A program made the position numbers and the translations under genes. This document shows positions 19,226 through 29,442 of a stretch of DNA of 64,000 bases, piece after piece. The DNA comes from a virus. Location: positions 35,703 through 99,702 of the IMG/VR virus record IMGVR_UViG_3300045988_130225; one strand, written 5' to 3'. Below the pieces are notes generated by a model. It did not search any database. It worked only from the letters and a program-made list of their open reading frames with translations, and was not told the DNA's origin. The stretch's first letter is position 1, and the number at the start of each line of letters is the position of its first letter.

Positions 19226-19888
19226 TTATTCAGCTTCGATTCCAACAAAATCAATTCCAGTAAGTTCACCAAGTTTAACCAGAACATTTGCATCTACATC
19301 AATTCCTTGTAAACGCTTATTCTTAATCATTTCTACAATGGTTTCTTTCTGACCTCTTGGAGCCATATTATAAAGGTCAATGATTTTATTTGCATCATTC
19401 TTGAAAATATTCTCAATGACATCTGGTGGTAACATCTTATTATATTCAGACGTTTTTCTTAATTTCTTAACAACTTCTTCGTCAGCGATATAGAAATATC
19501 CCTCATTAGCAAATCTCTGATTGTGCTGTACAATATCTTTCAAATCACCAAATGGAATATCCATAATCTGTCCAAAATCAGTAAAGGTGTAAATATTTCC
19601 TTGACCTCTACCTTGTGTTGCTAAGTTTAATTCGCCTTGACACATACTTACAACTGGTACTTCAACTTCGAGGTAGTTGTAAAACCTATCGTTACCAGAC
19701 GGTACAGACTGGGCAACTCCTTGTGTCTTAACCTTCCCCTCTAAGTCATTAAGTCTGTTCATAAGTGCTTCAAATTGCTCTGTACTAAGTGTTACCGTAT
19801 TAGCAGATTTTTCTTCTACGTTTTCTGTTACAGTTTCCTCAACAATAGGTGCTGTAGCAGTCTTTTTTGCTGTTTTTGCGGTTGCCAT
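19226..19888 (-). CDS. hypothetical head-associated protein
   Basis: 220 aa; Ala/Thr/Lys-rich N-terminus; follows the capsid gene terminator. Confidence 0.45.
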   Translation of the reverse strand: MATAKTAKKTATAPIVEETVTENVEEKSANTVTLSTEQFEALMNRLNDLEGKVKTQGVAQSVPSGNDRFYNYLEVEVPVVSMCQGELNLATQGRGQGNIYTFTDFGQIMDIPFGDLKDIVQHNQRFANEGYFYIADEEVVKKLRKTSEYNKMLPPDVIENIFKNDANKIIDLYNMAPRGQKETIVEMIKNKRLQGIDVDANVLVKLGELTGIDFVGIEAE

Positions 19889-19928
19889 ATCGTTTCATTC
19901 CTTTCATTCATTTTATTCATTAAAAAAG

Positions 19929-19964
19929 AAATGCCAAGAAAGCATAAAACTTCCTTGGCATTTT
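19929..19964. terminator. hairpin terminator after the capsid gene (bidirectional shape)
   Basis: AAATGCCAAGAAAG / CTTCCTTGGCATTT stem with T-runs on both strands. Confidence 0.55.
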
Positions 19965-19995
19965 TATGCTTAAGTCTTAAAAAGACCAATTAAAA

Positions 19996-21105
19996 TTAGT
20001 CAAGTTTAACTAAACCAGCAGTTGAGTTAGTAATAAGTTCACATGCCCAACTCTTATTAATAGTAGTGTTAGATGTAAGATTTGCGTTATCGTAGTAGTT
20101 ATTTCCATTGCTGAGTTGAGTACCTTCAATTACCATTTTAACTAACTTATCTGTAGACGGAGATACAACATAAATCTTCTTATCATCAAGTGCCAGAGAA
20201 TACTTAGAGTAATCACCAGTAGCGACCTGTGGCAGAACCATAATGTCATAGTCAAAGAAGTTCTTGATAAGCTGAATACTCTGGGAGTTACTATCTGTTA
20301 CGATTCTGTAACCATTAGCGGCGTTTGGAATAATCTTAGATAATGCAAGTGCAGTACCTACGATTACAGCCTTATCACCCTGATTATAAGCGGTTACAGT
20401 CTGACACAGACCAAGCAGAGTGTCCTGTGTATAACCAGTCTTAACTAAAGCCGTAGGATAAGTAGCCGCAGTTAAACCTGCGTTCAGTGCATTGTAAGCG
20501 TCCAGAGAGAAAGCAGTTTCCATAGAACGAACAGCGGTTCTTACAAACTCAGCTAAATTCTCCTTGCCTGCTAGAGCCTTATACAGAGAAGCGTAAACAG
20601 TGATGTTGTGGTTTACTGGATTAAGGGTCTTGTTTGCACTAAACTGTTTCTGACGAATAGTAGTTCTCTGACCATGTGCGCCAGTAGAAACAGTCATTAA
20701 CGCTCTTGGCTTAATCTCAAACTGTGCAGAATCACCCCAAGCAACATTACGAACTTCGGTATACACTCCAACAGAACGAATAATGGTTTCTGGTAATACT
20801 GCCTGAATCAGCATATCAACAACAGCAAAAGCTGCCCACTGCATCATTGGATTAGCAACTAAATGCATAGGCTGAATATCTTCTGGCAGATTACAACCTG
20901 CAAATCTCTGAACTTCACCTAAGAAAGACTTGTTAATCTTATCTTCCTTTTCACTCAGAGAAACAGAATTATCAAAATCACCTAATTCTTTTTTGTTTAC
21001 CTTAGACATGTAATGGAAATAATAATCTCTGAATCTGTCAACAAATTTTAAAGTGTCCTCATTACCGTTAGAGAACTTAATAATGGATAAATCCTTAATA
21101 GCCAT
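19996..21105 (-). CDS. major capsid protein
   Basis: 369 aa; highest-GC, strongly biased ORF; follows the protease/scaffold gene and is followed by a terminator. Confidence 0.65.
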   Translation of the reverse strand: MAIKDLSIIKFSNGNEDTLKFVDRFRDYYFHYMSKVNKKELGDFDNSVSLSEKEDKINKSFLGEVQRFAGCNLPEDIQPMHLVANPMMQWAAFAVVDMLIQAVLPETIIRSVGVYTEVRNVAWGDSAQFEIKPRALMTVSTGAHGQRTTIRQKQFSANKTLNPVNHNITVYASLYKALAGKENLAEFVRTAVRSMETAFSLDAYNALNAGLTAATYPTALVKTGYTQDTLLGLCQTVTAYNQGDKAVIVGTALALSKIIPNAANGYRIVTDSNSQSIQLIKNFFDYDIMVLPQVATGDYSKYSLALDDKKIYVVSPSTDKLVKMVIEGTQLSNGNNYYDNANLTSNTTINKSWACELITNSTAGLVKLD

Positions 21106-21156
21106 AAGTCTAAAATCCCCTTTCTAATATATACTCAATTATATACCCAATCAAAA

Positions 21157-21705
21157 TTACTGAACTCTTTCAAGAATCCAACCTGCTTCGCTATCAGTAC
21201 CAATAGCAAAAGGCATAGCTTTGCGAATAGCAAATCTTAAACCAGTATAAGCACTTGTAGCTTCTGCAATAGCTTTCCAACCAGTACCTGCGGTATATTC
21301 TACAAACTTAGCTGTAGCACCAATGGTTGCAGGGTCTTGTGCGCTTGCGAAGAATGGTGTAGAAATTTGCACACAGTCACCAATCTGTACAGAAAATACA
21401 TCAAATTCTACATTCTTAACATTGGTGTAATTTCTTGGGTCAACACTAATACCTTTGTACAGTAAAGTACCATCAGCAAGTACGTTTACTTCTGGAGCGC
21501 AAGCCATCCAATACTGAGCGTGTTTACCTGCATCACCTAAAGGGGTAGCTGTCCATACAAATTCCTTACCTGCTGTTTCACTAAAACCATTTTCAAGAGT
21601 AACTACAGTACCGTTCATAACATCTTCACTACAAATAGCACTACGATTATAAGCGTCTACGTTATCAGCCGCAATTCTGGATAAAACTAAAACTGTATTA
21701 GCCAT
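21157..21705 (-). CDS. capsid accessory / decoration-like protein
   Basis: 182 aa; high-GC biased ORF immediately upstream of the capsid gene. Confidence 0.4.
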   Translation of the reverse strand: MANTVLVLSRIAADNVDAYNRSAICSEDVMNGTVVTLENGFSETAGKEFVWTATPLGDAGKHAQYWMACAPEVNVLADGTLLYKGISVDPRNYTNVKNVEFDVFSVQIGDCVQISTPFFASAQDPATIGATAKFVEYTAGTGWKAIAEATSAYTGLRFAIRKAMPFAIGTDSEAGWILERVQ

Positions 21706-21739
21706 ATTCTAATTACCTCACTTTTCTTATTATTTTTTA

Positions 21740-23506
21740 TTAATCAGCCCATAAACCAGTATTTTTATTTGTTTCAACAGGTGAACCCATACGCCATAAT
21801 CCCTGTCTTGATTTATTAGACTTTTTACTTGCTTCAAAAGCTACACTCTTAACCTTGTTCTTCCAACCGTCTAATTCAGACATCTTACAAAGTTTTCCCT
21901 CACACTCAAACTTTTCAAATTCGTCTTTGTCAACAAAATTTTTAACTTCTTCAAGTGTCTTTGCAACTTCCATTTCTACAGATTTCTTTTCTGTATCTTC
22001 TTTGAACTTTCTCAATTCACCAAGTTCTGTATCTTTCTGCATGATAATATTGTCTTTATCCTCTAAATCTTTTGCTAACTTAGCGTTCTTTTCAGCTTCT
22101 TTTTCAAGCATTTCACAATAAGCAGAAGCATCTACATTAGCATCTGTGGAAAGCTTTTTAATGAAATCTACACATTCAGACATAGTAATTGCCTTGTCCT
22201 GTTTTTCTTCCATTTTAGCTTTTTCTTTATTATCTTCATGTTCATCATCATCTGCTTTTTCTTCCATTTTCTGAACTTTATCTTTCTTTACAGTGTTCCA
22301 CTTAATATCAGCAGAAACCTTTTTATCGTCTTTACTAACTTTAACATCAGCTTCAACACGATACCTTTCATCACCTTTAGTATAAATAATATGGTCTTTT
22401 TCTACGGAATCAACATAGACATCTTTACCCTCATGGTCTTGAACCTTAGCAATAATATCACCCCATGCTTTTCTTCCTTCAATTTCAAATTTCTGTTCTT
22501 GCATAGTTTTACTTTCCTTTCCTTTACTCTCTTTATTATCGTCATTATCTTCAATATCAAGACTTTTATAAATCTTTTCAATTTTAGACACAACATCAGT
22601 TTCATTTTCAGCTTTAGCGTAACCTAAAGCAGAACTTAAACCATTACGATTATATACTAAAGTATCACCTTTAAACTGCATAACTGGATATTTCAGCTTA
22701 TCAGATGGTGCGTCTTTCCAACCATTTTCTACTTTCATGTATACATCTTTAACGAGAGTATCAGCATTAGAAGCATCAATAATTTTCTTATAAAGTTCAG
22801 TTTTATCTACTTCACCCCATGGTGTATCTACCATAGAATCCTTAGATTTATCTACTTTATATGTTTTCTTTTCCATGTTTACCCTCCTTTCTTTTGCGAA
22901 TTTCTTTAATTCAGATAAACTATTACTTTTGCAATTTTCGTAAAATTTATTAGCTTTTTCTTCAAACTTTACCAATTTTGCATTTGCTCCGGGACTACTT
23001 GGATTTATCCTTTTGCCCAGAACAGTTAAACCTACGATACAAAAATTGGAAATCAAATTATTATCAACTTCACCGTTTTCCAATTCTGTGCCTACGGTCA
23101 ACATTTCCACTGATACGCTTCTGCGATTATCGTTATATTTAAACATATTATACACATCTTCTGCATAAATCTTAGAAATAACAAAATCACATATTGCTAA
23201 AAGATAGCCGTCTTTATCATATTCAAAGCGAATATCTTGATTTTCAGGTATTCTTCCAGATATGCACTCGTCAACCGTATGACCTTCACCATCTTTTGTA
23301 TAAGGATTTACCTTACACACAAGCCATTTACCCTTTATTGTATCAGCACAATTTCTTAATACTTCTTCTGAAATAATTAACCCATGGGTATTAGGTCTTG
23401 TACTCAGAAAAAGTGTAGTTCCATAGGCAAATTCTGGGTCATCATCATCAACAAATTTTTCAATAACATCTACTGAAAAATTTCGTTTAATCTGTTTTAT
23501 TTCCAA
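21740..23506 (-). CDS. prohead protease-like N-domain fused to an acidic coiled-coil scaffold-like region
   Basis: 588 aa; N-terminal ~180 aa resemble prohead protease folds (..GEGHTVDE.., ..LGKRINPSSPGA..); C-terminal K/E/D-rich coiled coil. Confidence 0.45.
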   Translation of the reverse strand: MEIKQIKRNFSVDVIEKFVDDDDPEFAYGTTLFLSTRPNTHGLIISEEVLRNCADTIKGKWLVCKVNPYTKDGEGHTVDECISGRIPENQDIRFEYDKDGYLLAICDFVISKIYAEDVYNMFKYNDNRRSVSVEMLTVGTELENGEVDNNLISNFCIVGLTVLGKRINPSSPGANAKLVKFEEKANKFYENCKSNSLSELKKFAKERRVNMEKKTYKVDKSKDSMVDTPWGEVDKTELYKKIIDASNADTLVKDVYMKVENGWKDAPSDKLKYPVMQFKGDTLVYNRNGLSSALGYAKAENETDVVSKIEKIYKSLDIEDNDDNKESKGKESKTMQEQKFEIEGRKAWGDIIAKVQDHEGKDVYVDSVEKDHIIYTKGDERYRVEADVKVSKDDKKVSADIKWNTVKKDKVQKMEEKADDDEHEDNKEKAKMEEKQDKAITMSECVDFIKKLSTDANVDASAYCEMLEKEAEKNAKLAKDLEDKDNIIMQKDTELGELRKFKEDTEKKSVEMEVAKTLEEVKNFVDKDEFEKFECEGKLCKMSELDGWKNKVKSVAFEASKKSNKSRQGLWRMGSPVETNKNTGLWAD

Positions 23507-23714
23507 TGAACTCCACTCTCCTTTCTTTTAATATTCCATGAGTTTCGCTCAATTTCATATACTTATCTACAAATTTCTTATCAATCTTATAATAAGTTGC
23601 TTCTCTATCCATATACATAGGCATAAGACCATTTTCTTGTAACAACAAATTCTCTTGTGAATTGGTTACTCGCCAATAGTCTGTATCATTTAAAGGTGTA
23701 CTACGAAAAATCAT
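23487..23714 (-). CDS. hypothetical protein
   Basis: ORF 23487..23738; ATG at 23714 after an AGGGGTGA RBS. Confidence 0.4.
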   Translation of the reverse strand: MIFRSTPLNDTDYWRVTNSQENLLLQENGLMPMYMDREATYYKIDKKFVDKYMKLSETHGILKERRVEFIGNKTD

Positions 23715-24217
23715 AATTTCACCCCTTTGATACCCCATTTGCTAATATTAAAATCGAACTTATCAAAATCTGTAGGCATTTGTTGTGCTTTATCATTTAA
23801 TGTATTTACTTGTCCCATAATGATATTGTATTTTCTAAATAATCTATACATATCGGAAGTTACGTTTCTATCCCTATGAGCAATAGCAATGTCTACTACT
23901 TTATTCATAATTTCATAAACTTCGCTAAACTCTTTTAAGACCGTAGAAAACATATCAGATAAATTAGAATAATTTCTATCATCTTTATGGACTTCTGGGC
24001 GAATAGAAGATAAATTATAATTATCTTTAATTTCACTCACAACATCTGCAAGCAAAGGCATAGTATGACTTATGTTAAGATGTACAATTTCTCCTGCGTT
24101 TGGCATAGAAAAATCGTTTAGCATAACAGAAGCTACTCTATCCAAAGTTGCGTTCAAATCAAAAAACGCTCCATACAGCACGTCTAACGCTTCACTTGTT
24201 TCTTCATGTATCAACAA
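23711..24217 (-). CDS. hypothetical protein (TTG start)
   Basis: 168 aa ORF; GGTGAG RBS. Confidence 0.45.
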   Translation of the reverse strand: MLIHEETSEALDVLYGAFFDLNATLDRVASVMLNDFSMPNAGEIVHLNISHTMPLLADVVSEIKDNYNLSSIRPEVHKDDRNYSNLSDMFSTVLKEFSEVYEIMNKVVDIAIAHRDRNVTSDMYRLFRKYNIIMGQVNTLNDKAQQMPTDFDKFDFNISKWGIKGVKL

Positions 24218-24234
24218 ATCAACTCACCGTTACT

Positions 24235-25705
24235 GAAAACTTATAAAAAGTTATAAACTTTTATGTTTCATTCCTACTTCAACGAGTATGCTTTCATAAT
24301 TATTTCTAATATACTACTCACAAGTTCTTGCACTCTCCATAGGCGTAAATTCCGAACTAACGTATTCGTACATATTTATATCAACCTGAAATGCTATGAT
24401 ACAGATTGATTTAAAACATTTTCTCCATATCTTTTAAGATTTAAAGATGCTTGATAATCTCTGTCAATCATATTACCGCAATCACATTTATAAACACGGT
24501 CTGATAATTTTAAATCTTTTTTAATTTTGCCACAACAACTGCATAATTTAGAACTAGGAAAAAACCTATCAGCAACTATTACAGTAATATTATTCCATTT
24601 ACTTTTATATTTAATTTGCCGTCTAAACTCATAAAATCCTTGCTGTTGTATAGCTTTGGATAAATGTTTATTTTTCATCATACCTTTTACATTCAAATCT
24701 TCAATACAAATAAAACTTGGTTCTCGCTTTATAATTTCAGAAGTTATTTGATGTAAATAATTCTTGCGAATATTTGTTAGTTTATGATTTACTTTTAAAA
24801 GTTTCTTTTCGCTTTTTACAATGTTACTTGTTTTACAATAACTATCTCCTTTCTTGTTTTTTAAATATTCCCTAGAAACAGAACGCTGTAACCTACGTTT
24901 TTTCTTCTCTAACTGTTTTATCTTTTGTGATTTATTTATATTTTGATATTTATAATTATTAGAACAAATAGCTAAATCTTTAATTCCTAAATCAATACCA
25001 ATTCCTTCTTTATTAGGAATATTTACACTATCTGGATATTCTACACCAACTGTAATCCACCAATTTAATCCGTCAAATTTAATTCTAGGATTATAATATT
25101 TACAATCTGTCGGTATACGATTACGTTCAGCAAGTCGTATCCAGTTTAATTTCTGCTTATTTTTCTTTTTAGATTTTGTAAATCCTTCAACTTTTACATG
25201 AGTTTCAGAAAATTGAATTTTTACACTATCTTGGTAAAAGGAGGGTGTAGATTTTTTTCTGTTTTTAAATTTAGGAAAGTTTGTCAAGCCTTTAAAAAAT
25301 TTCTTATAAGCATCACAAGCATCTTTAATAGCTTGTTTTGTGACATTGTTAGAAATATCATTTAACCAGACATATTTCTGTGTATGTTTCATTTTTGTAA
25401 ATTCTTTTCGCAAATCCGTATCAGATAGAAATTTACCACCATTTTTATAATTTTCTTGTTCTCTTGCTAATGCCCAGTTATAAGCAAATCGAGCAGTGTA
25501 AGCATACTGAAGCAATTTTGTCTTTTGTTTATTGTTTGGAATTAACATTACTCGAATCGTTTTTAACACATTGTTCGCCACCTTCATCTATAAGTTCTTT
25601 TACAAATTTCTTTGCTTTGTCTTATAAAACTTATAAAAATCAACATTCAATTATAACTTTTTATAAGTTTATAATCATTGTTATTCACCTCTTTCAACCA
25701 GTGTT
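24235..25705 (-). mobile_element. TnpB-only IS200/IS605-superfamily element (element 1)
   Basis: tnpB flanked by a perfect 20 bp inverted repeat (24237-24256 versus the reverse complement of 25651-25670) and by 13 nt direct repeats ACTCAC(C/T)GTTACT (24222-24234, 25706-25718). Confidence 0.6.
24394..25587 (-). CDS. tnpB: TnpB RNA-guided nuclease
   Basis: 397 aa; RuvC motifs GIDLGIKDLA / ICIEDLNVKGM / DRDYQASLNL and a CxxC..CxC zinc ribbon. Confidence 0.9.
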   Translation of the reverse strand: MKVANNVLKTIRVMLIPNNKQKTKLLQYAYTARFAYNWALAREQENYKNGGKFLSDTDLRKEFTKMKHTQKYVWLNDISNNVTKQAIKDACDAYKKFFKGLTNFPKFKNRKKSTPSFYQDSVKIQFSETHVKVEGFTKSKKKNKQKLNWIRLAERNRIPTDCKYYNPRIKFDGLNWWITVGVEYPDSVNIPNKEGIGIDLGIKDLAICSNNYKYQNINKSQKIKQLEKKKRRLQRSVSREYLKNKKGDSYCKTSNIVKSEKKLLKVNHKLTNIRKNYLHQITSEIIKREPSFICIEDLNVKGMMKNKHLSKAIQQQGFYEFRRQIKYKSKWNNITVIVADRFFPSSKLCSCCGKIKKDLKLSDRVYKCDCGNMIDRDYQASLNLKRYGENVLNQSVS

Positions 25706-25728
25706 ACTCACTGTTACTAATCAGTACC

Positions 25729-27342
25729 CTATTGATTTCGTGACCGTTCAGCAGAATCAGAAATGGCTTCTTCACTTTGAGGTCTACCAACTTGTCCACT
25801 ACCCCCACTCATGGTATGAATAGACAAAAGTTGTGATAAATTGTCTAAGAAATCACTATTATGTGCTTCTTCCAACATTCTCTCAAAATCCATAGGTTTA
25901 TATCCAAAAGCAGACGCATAAGCACTTGAATTAAGTACCATACCCACATCTGCTAATTTCATAATAGCATCTTGCTTCTTTTTACGCCAAAATGGTTGTG
26001 TACATCCATCAAACGTAAACTTAAACTTAAATTGTTTAGTTTTCTGATTAGCATAGAACTCTAAGAAATTGTTAAATTGAGTATATAATTTAGCCACAAT
26101 CTCATAATCAGCAGTAATAGCCGCTTGAAGTTCTTCGTTTGACATTCTATCCGTAGCGTAAATTAAACGGCTTGCAGAACTACCATATCCCACTGTATCT
26201 TTAGCGGCAGTAGTAGCCATATCTGTGTTTTTATCCTCAAACTGTTTAAATTCAACTTCTTCAAGAGGTAAAGCAATAGAACGAACAATTTTATCTTGTG
26301 TCATAGAGTTTTTCAATCCACTAGCGACAAGTTTCATTAATCGTCCTAATGTACTTGGTTTGACTGCAAACCTATCAGCAACCTCACCAGATTTTGCAGA
26401 ATCTTGCATTTTCATCTCACCGTAAAGTATACCAAAAGCACTGGCAATATCTTTATTTTTTTGTAACTTTGCAATCTCTGTGTTATTGAAAACATTCTTT
26501 AAATACGGAGCCATAAAAGGAACACTTGCAAAATTACTTGTGTCAAACTTGAAAGCCCAGAAACCATCATTAGGACTTGTCTGGTGATAAAGAGTAAAAG
26601 TACCATCACGATTACTTAAGCCGTTTGACGGAATATAATCTTTAAAATCTTTACCGTCCCATACTTCTCTAAGGTATTTTTTAAACACAGGAGCATAGCA
26701 ATCTATATCTACACCTTGCATACCAATAAAGTACATCATGTCGAAGTCGAATAATAAGCCACTTTCAAAATAACCAGTTAAGATACATCTATCTTGTGGC
26801 AATGTTTGTAGAGCATATTTAGGATTGTTTCTATCCATGTTTGTTCTAAAACTTGTATAGTGTACTTCATGTCTTAAAAGCTGTTTTACAACTTTTTTAA
26901 ATTCACCTTTGTAATCAAAATTATCAAGGAATTTATAAATTCTTGCTTTATCAGCTTTATAATTATCAGACTTATAATCTTCTTTCTTAGCGTTTTTACA
27001 AGTAATTTGCAAATCAAAAGAAAGGAGATTTGTGTAGTATTCAATAGTTCTGTTATAAATCATATCGAATACTTCCATAAACTCACTATAAGCCTGTAAG
27101 TTTGTAGCACCAGTTTTATACTCGCTTAAAGCCTTTATAATATCGTCATATTTTGGAATCTTAGCATTGTTGTTAAGATTAACCAAATTCTGATTACTTA
27201 ACCATGGACTATATACTCCAAAACTATCCAATCCATATAAACTCTGAGCAAAACTTACTACATCATAAACCTGTTGTTCTGATAACATAACAGGTTCTTC
27301 TACTTTAGGAGTTAATCTTTGACTATTTTTCGTAGTTCTCAT
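25729..27342 (-). CDS. portal protein
   Basis: 537 aa ORF immediately downstream of terL; size and position are typical. Confidence 0.6.
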   Translation of the reverse strand: MRTTKNSQRLTPKVEEPVMLSEQQVYDVVSFAQSLYGLDSFGVYSPWLSNQNLVNLNNNAKIPKYDDIIKALSEYKTGATNLQAYSEFMEVFDMIYNRTIEYYTNLLSFDLQITCKNAKKEDYKSDNYKADKARIYKFLDNFDYKGEFKKVVKQLLRHEVHYTSFRTNMDRNNPKYALQTLPQDRCILTGYFESGLLFDFDMMYFIGMQGVDIDCYAPVFKKYLREVWDGKDFKDYIPSNGLSNRDGTFTLYHQTSPNDGFWAFKFDTSNFASVPFMAPYLKNVFNNTEIAKLQKNKDIASAFGILYGEMKMQDSAKSGEVADRFAVKPSTLGRLMKLVASGLKNSMTQDKIVRSIALPLEEVEFKQFEDKNTDMATTAAKDTVGYGSSASRLIYATDRMSNEELQAAITADYEIVAKLYTQFNNFLEFYANQKTKQFKFKFTFDGCTQPFWRKKKQDAIMKLADVGMVLNSSAYASAFGYKPMDFERMLEEAHNSDFLDNLSQLLSIHTMSGGSGQVGRPQSEEAISDSAERSRNQ

Positions 27343-27412
27343 CTCCTTTCTTCAAATATTTTTATTTAAAGGCAGTCAAATCATAGCAGTTGATAAGACC
27401 GCCTATATACAC

Positions 27413-29293
27413 TTAGAACACAAGTTGGTCTAACTCATCTAAATTGGTATCTCTTTGTTCATCTACAGCATACTTATCACCTATTAAGGTTGCAATATGG
27501 TTTCCGTAACTCAAAGCTACAATTTTATCCTTTGTCGCACTATTTCTGTTAGGTTCTGATAATTTCAAAATACCGTTATTCCATGTTTGAGTTAAACTAA
27601 TAGCTTCTGACATCATTAATGCAGTTTGAACATATGGCAACTTAATATTAACTTTTTCCTCAGAACTCATAGTAAGATAATTTACATCTTCTTCAAGTTC
27701 TGTTTCAATCGTTAATTCATCTACCAAAAATTCAATCATTTCATTATCTAGGGCTTTCTTTAAATCAAGCCACATTAAACTATTTCGTTCACTTGTACCA
27801 ACAATAGGTATGATACATGGTATAGCTTCTGCATCAACCGTTTTGCCTTTAAGTTCTTGAATTTTAGCGTCTGGAACTATCTGTAAAGCAGATTCATAAC
27901 AAACTGTAAATCCATGTGGATTCCAATTACTTCGTGATGGGTGTTCAAAAGGTTTAGATAACTCTGTATAATAAAGAGTACCACCGCTTCTTTCGTCCAT
28001 TACGATATAATCTGCTTGGTAATCCCAAAAGAACTCTCTAATCTTTTGTTGAAATCCCTCACTATCACTAGCAGGGTGCGTTCCAATATATTCTACTTTT
28101 CGTCTTGTCTTACCATCTTTCATAATGACAGACATACAACCAATAACACTATTATCGTTATCGTTTGTATTGCTGTTTACAAAAGCATAATCAATGAAAA
28201 GTAAACGTTTTTCAAATTCACCTTTAGGTCTGTTACCTAAATCAGTTGACATAAATATATCCATAGGCGTAGGTGGTTTATAGGCTTTTTTTATCACTTG
28301 ATTCTTTCTGAAATCTTCAAGTAAGAAGAAAGCACCCTCTGTTTCACCATACATTTCATTCAAATCTTCTGTTACAAAGTCAATATCTGAATCAAATTCT
28401 TTATCATGCCAGTAATCAGCCCATGTTTTAAGGTTAAATAAAATTGCAAGAAAAATATTAGAAGCAAAGAAATTATATGTATGGTCTTTTCGTATCATAC
28501 TTTGTTGAACAACAAGTTTAAATTCTTGCCAGAAACTTTCACTTCTAAATCTTGCAGATGTAATACTTATAGTTTTACATTGCTCAACCCAACGTGGCAA
28601 TGTTTTTCCATTACTATCTTTATATTCGTCCAACAACGAAAATTTAGATTGTCTTGGGTGAGCCATTTTAGAGAATACAGAATCTATTAAACTTTTCTTC
28701 AAAAGTCTACGTTCTTCATATATAAGCATAGTTGCCCTAGAACCTCTACTGCTGTTCAGACAAGGTAAAACCGTTATCATACTGCCATTTATTTTGCTCA
28801 AATCTACTTCTACACAATCATTATTATACCTAAAAACTATATCGCCATTCTCATAATAATATTGTAAAACTGGTGAAAGTTTCTTGCAAAGTTCATCTTC
28901 TATTTTCTTTTTTACTAGCTTTGTAGCCTGTGGAATAGTAGAAGATGTAATAACAACTTCTGCAAACGGGTATAAACATGAGTGTATGACAGCGAGAAGT
29001 CCTGCAATCATTGACTTAGAAGCACCTCTCGAACAAATCGCATACCAATATTGGCTAATTCCTGCTAAATAAACCATAACATGCTGAAACGGATATAATT
29101 TAATCTTTAATCTTCTTTCAGCATATATATTCCAATTACGTCTATAAAATGTTGTCCATTCCTTAATATTTTTCTTTCTTTGTTCCCACGGTAATCTTCT
29201 GTCAGTCTTTTTCTTTTCTTCTTGTTTTTTCTTTCTTTTTTCCACAAGACTAATAATATCTATATCTTTGTTTTCCTCTAACATAGACATCAC
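27413..29293 (-). CDS. terL: terminase large subunit
   Basis: 626 aa; Walker A-like CSRGASKS near the N-terminus, C-terminal nuclease-like acidic motifs. Confidence 0.8.
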   Translation of the reverse strand: MMSMLEENKDIDIISLVEKRKKKQEEKKKTDRRLPWEQRKKNIKEWTTFYRRNWNIYAERRLKIKLYPFQHVMVYLAGISQYWYAICSRGASKSMIAGLLAVIHSCLYPFAEVVITSSTIPQATKLVKKKIEDELCKKLSPVLQYYYENGDIVFRYNNDCVEVDLSKINGSMITVLPCLNSSRGSRATMLIYEERRLLKKSLIDSVFSKMAHPRQSKFSLLDEYKDSNGKTLPRWVEQCKTISITSARFRSESFWQEFKLVVQQSMIRKDHTYNFFASNIFLAILFNLKTWADYWHDKEFDSDIDFVTEDLNEMYGETEGAFFLLEDFRKNQVIKKAYKPPTPMDIFMSTDLGNRPKGEFEKRLLFIDYAFVNSNTNDNDNSVIGCMSVIMKDGKTRRKVEYIGTHPASDSEGFQQKIREFFWDYQADYIVMDERSGGTLYYTELSKPFEHPSRSNWNPHGFTVCYESALQIVPDAKIQELKGKTVDAEAIPCIIPIVGTSERNSLMWLDLKKALDNEMIEFLVDELTIETELEEDVNYLTMSSEEKVNIKLPYVQTALMMSEAISLTQTWNNGILKLSEPNRNSATKDKIVALSYGNHIATLIGDKYAVDEQRDTNLDELDQLVF

Positions 29294-29319
29294 CTAATCT
29301 TTCTTTCGTGGAATTAAAG

Positions 29320-29442
29320 GATACTCCTTTGTGCCTGCTCTGAACCTCCCACGACTAAAGTCGCAGGGTTCTCGGTCAATAACTCTATTGAGTTAAGTAT
29401 CACCAAGCTAACCCCGTAGTTCCTACGGTTTTTATATATCAT
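29320..29442 (-). ncRNA. omega-RNA / intron 3' segment of element 2 (scaffold 29340-29442 plus about 20 nt flanking guide)
   Basis: Structured tail after the tnpB stop: hairpins CCGTAGGAACTACGG and CCCTGCGAC-TTTA-GTCGTGGG, ending GGGAGGTTCAG like element 3. Confidence 0.45.

Noticed and set aside
25464-25823. 119 aa plus-strand ORF spanning the tnpB start and the portal gene end
   Set aside because: It is antisense to two strong minus-strand features and crosses the IS boundary. It has no RBS.
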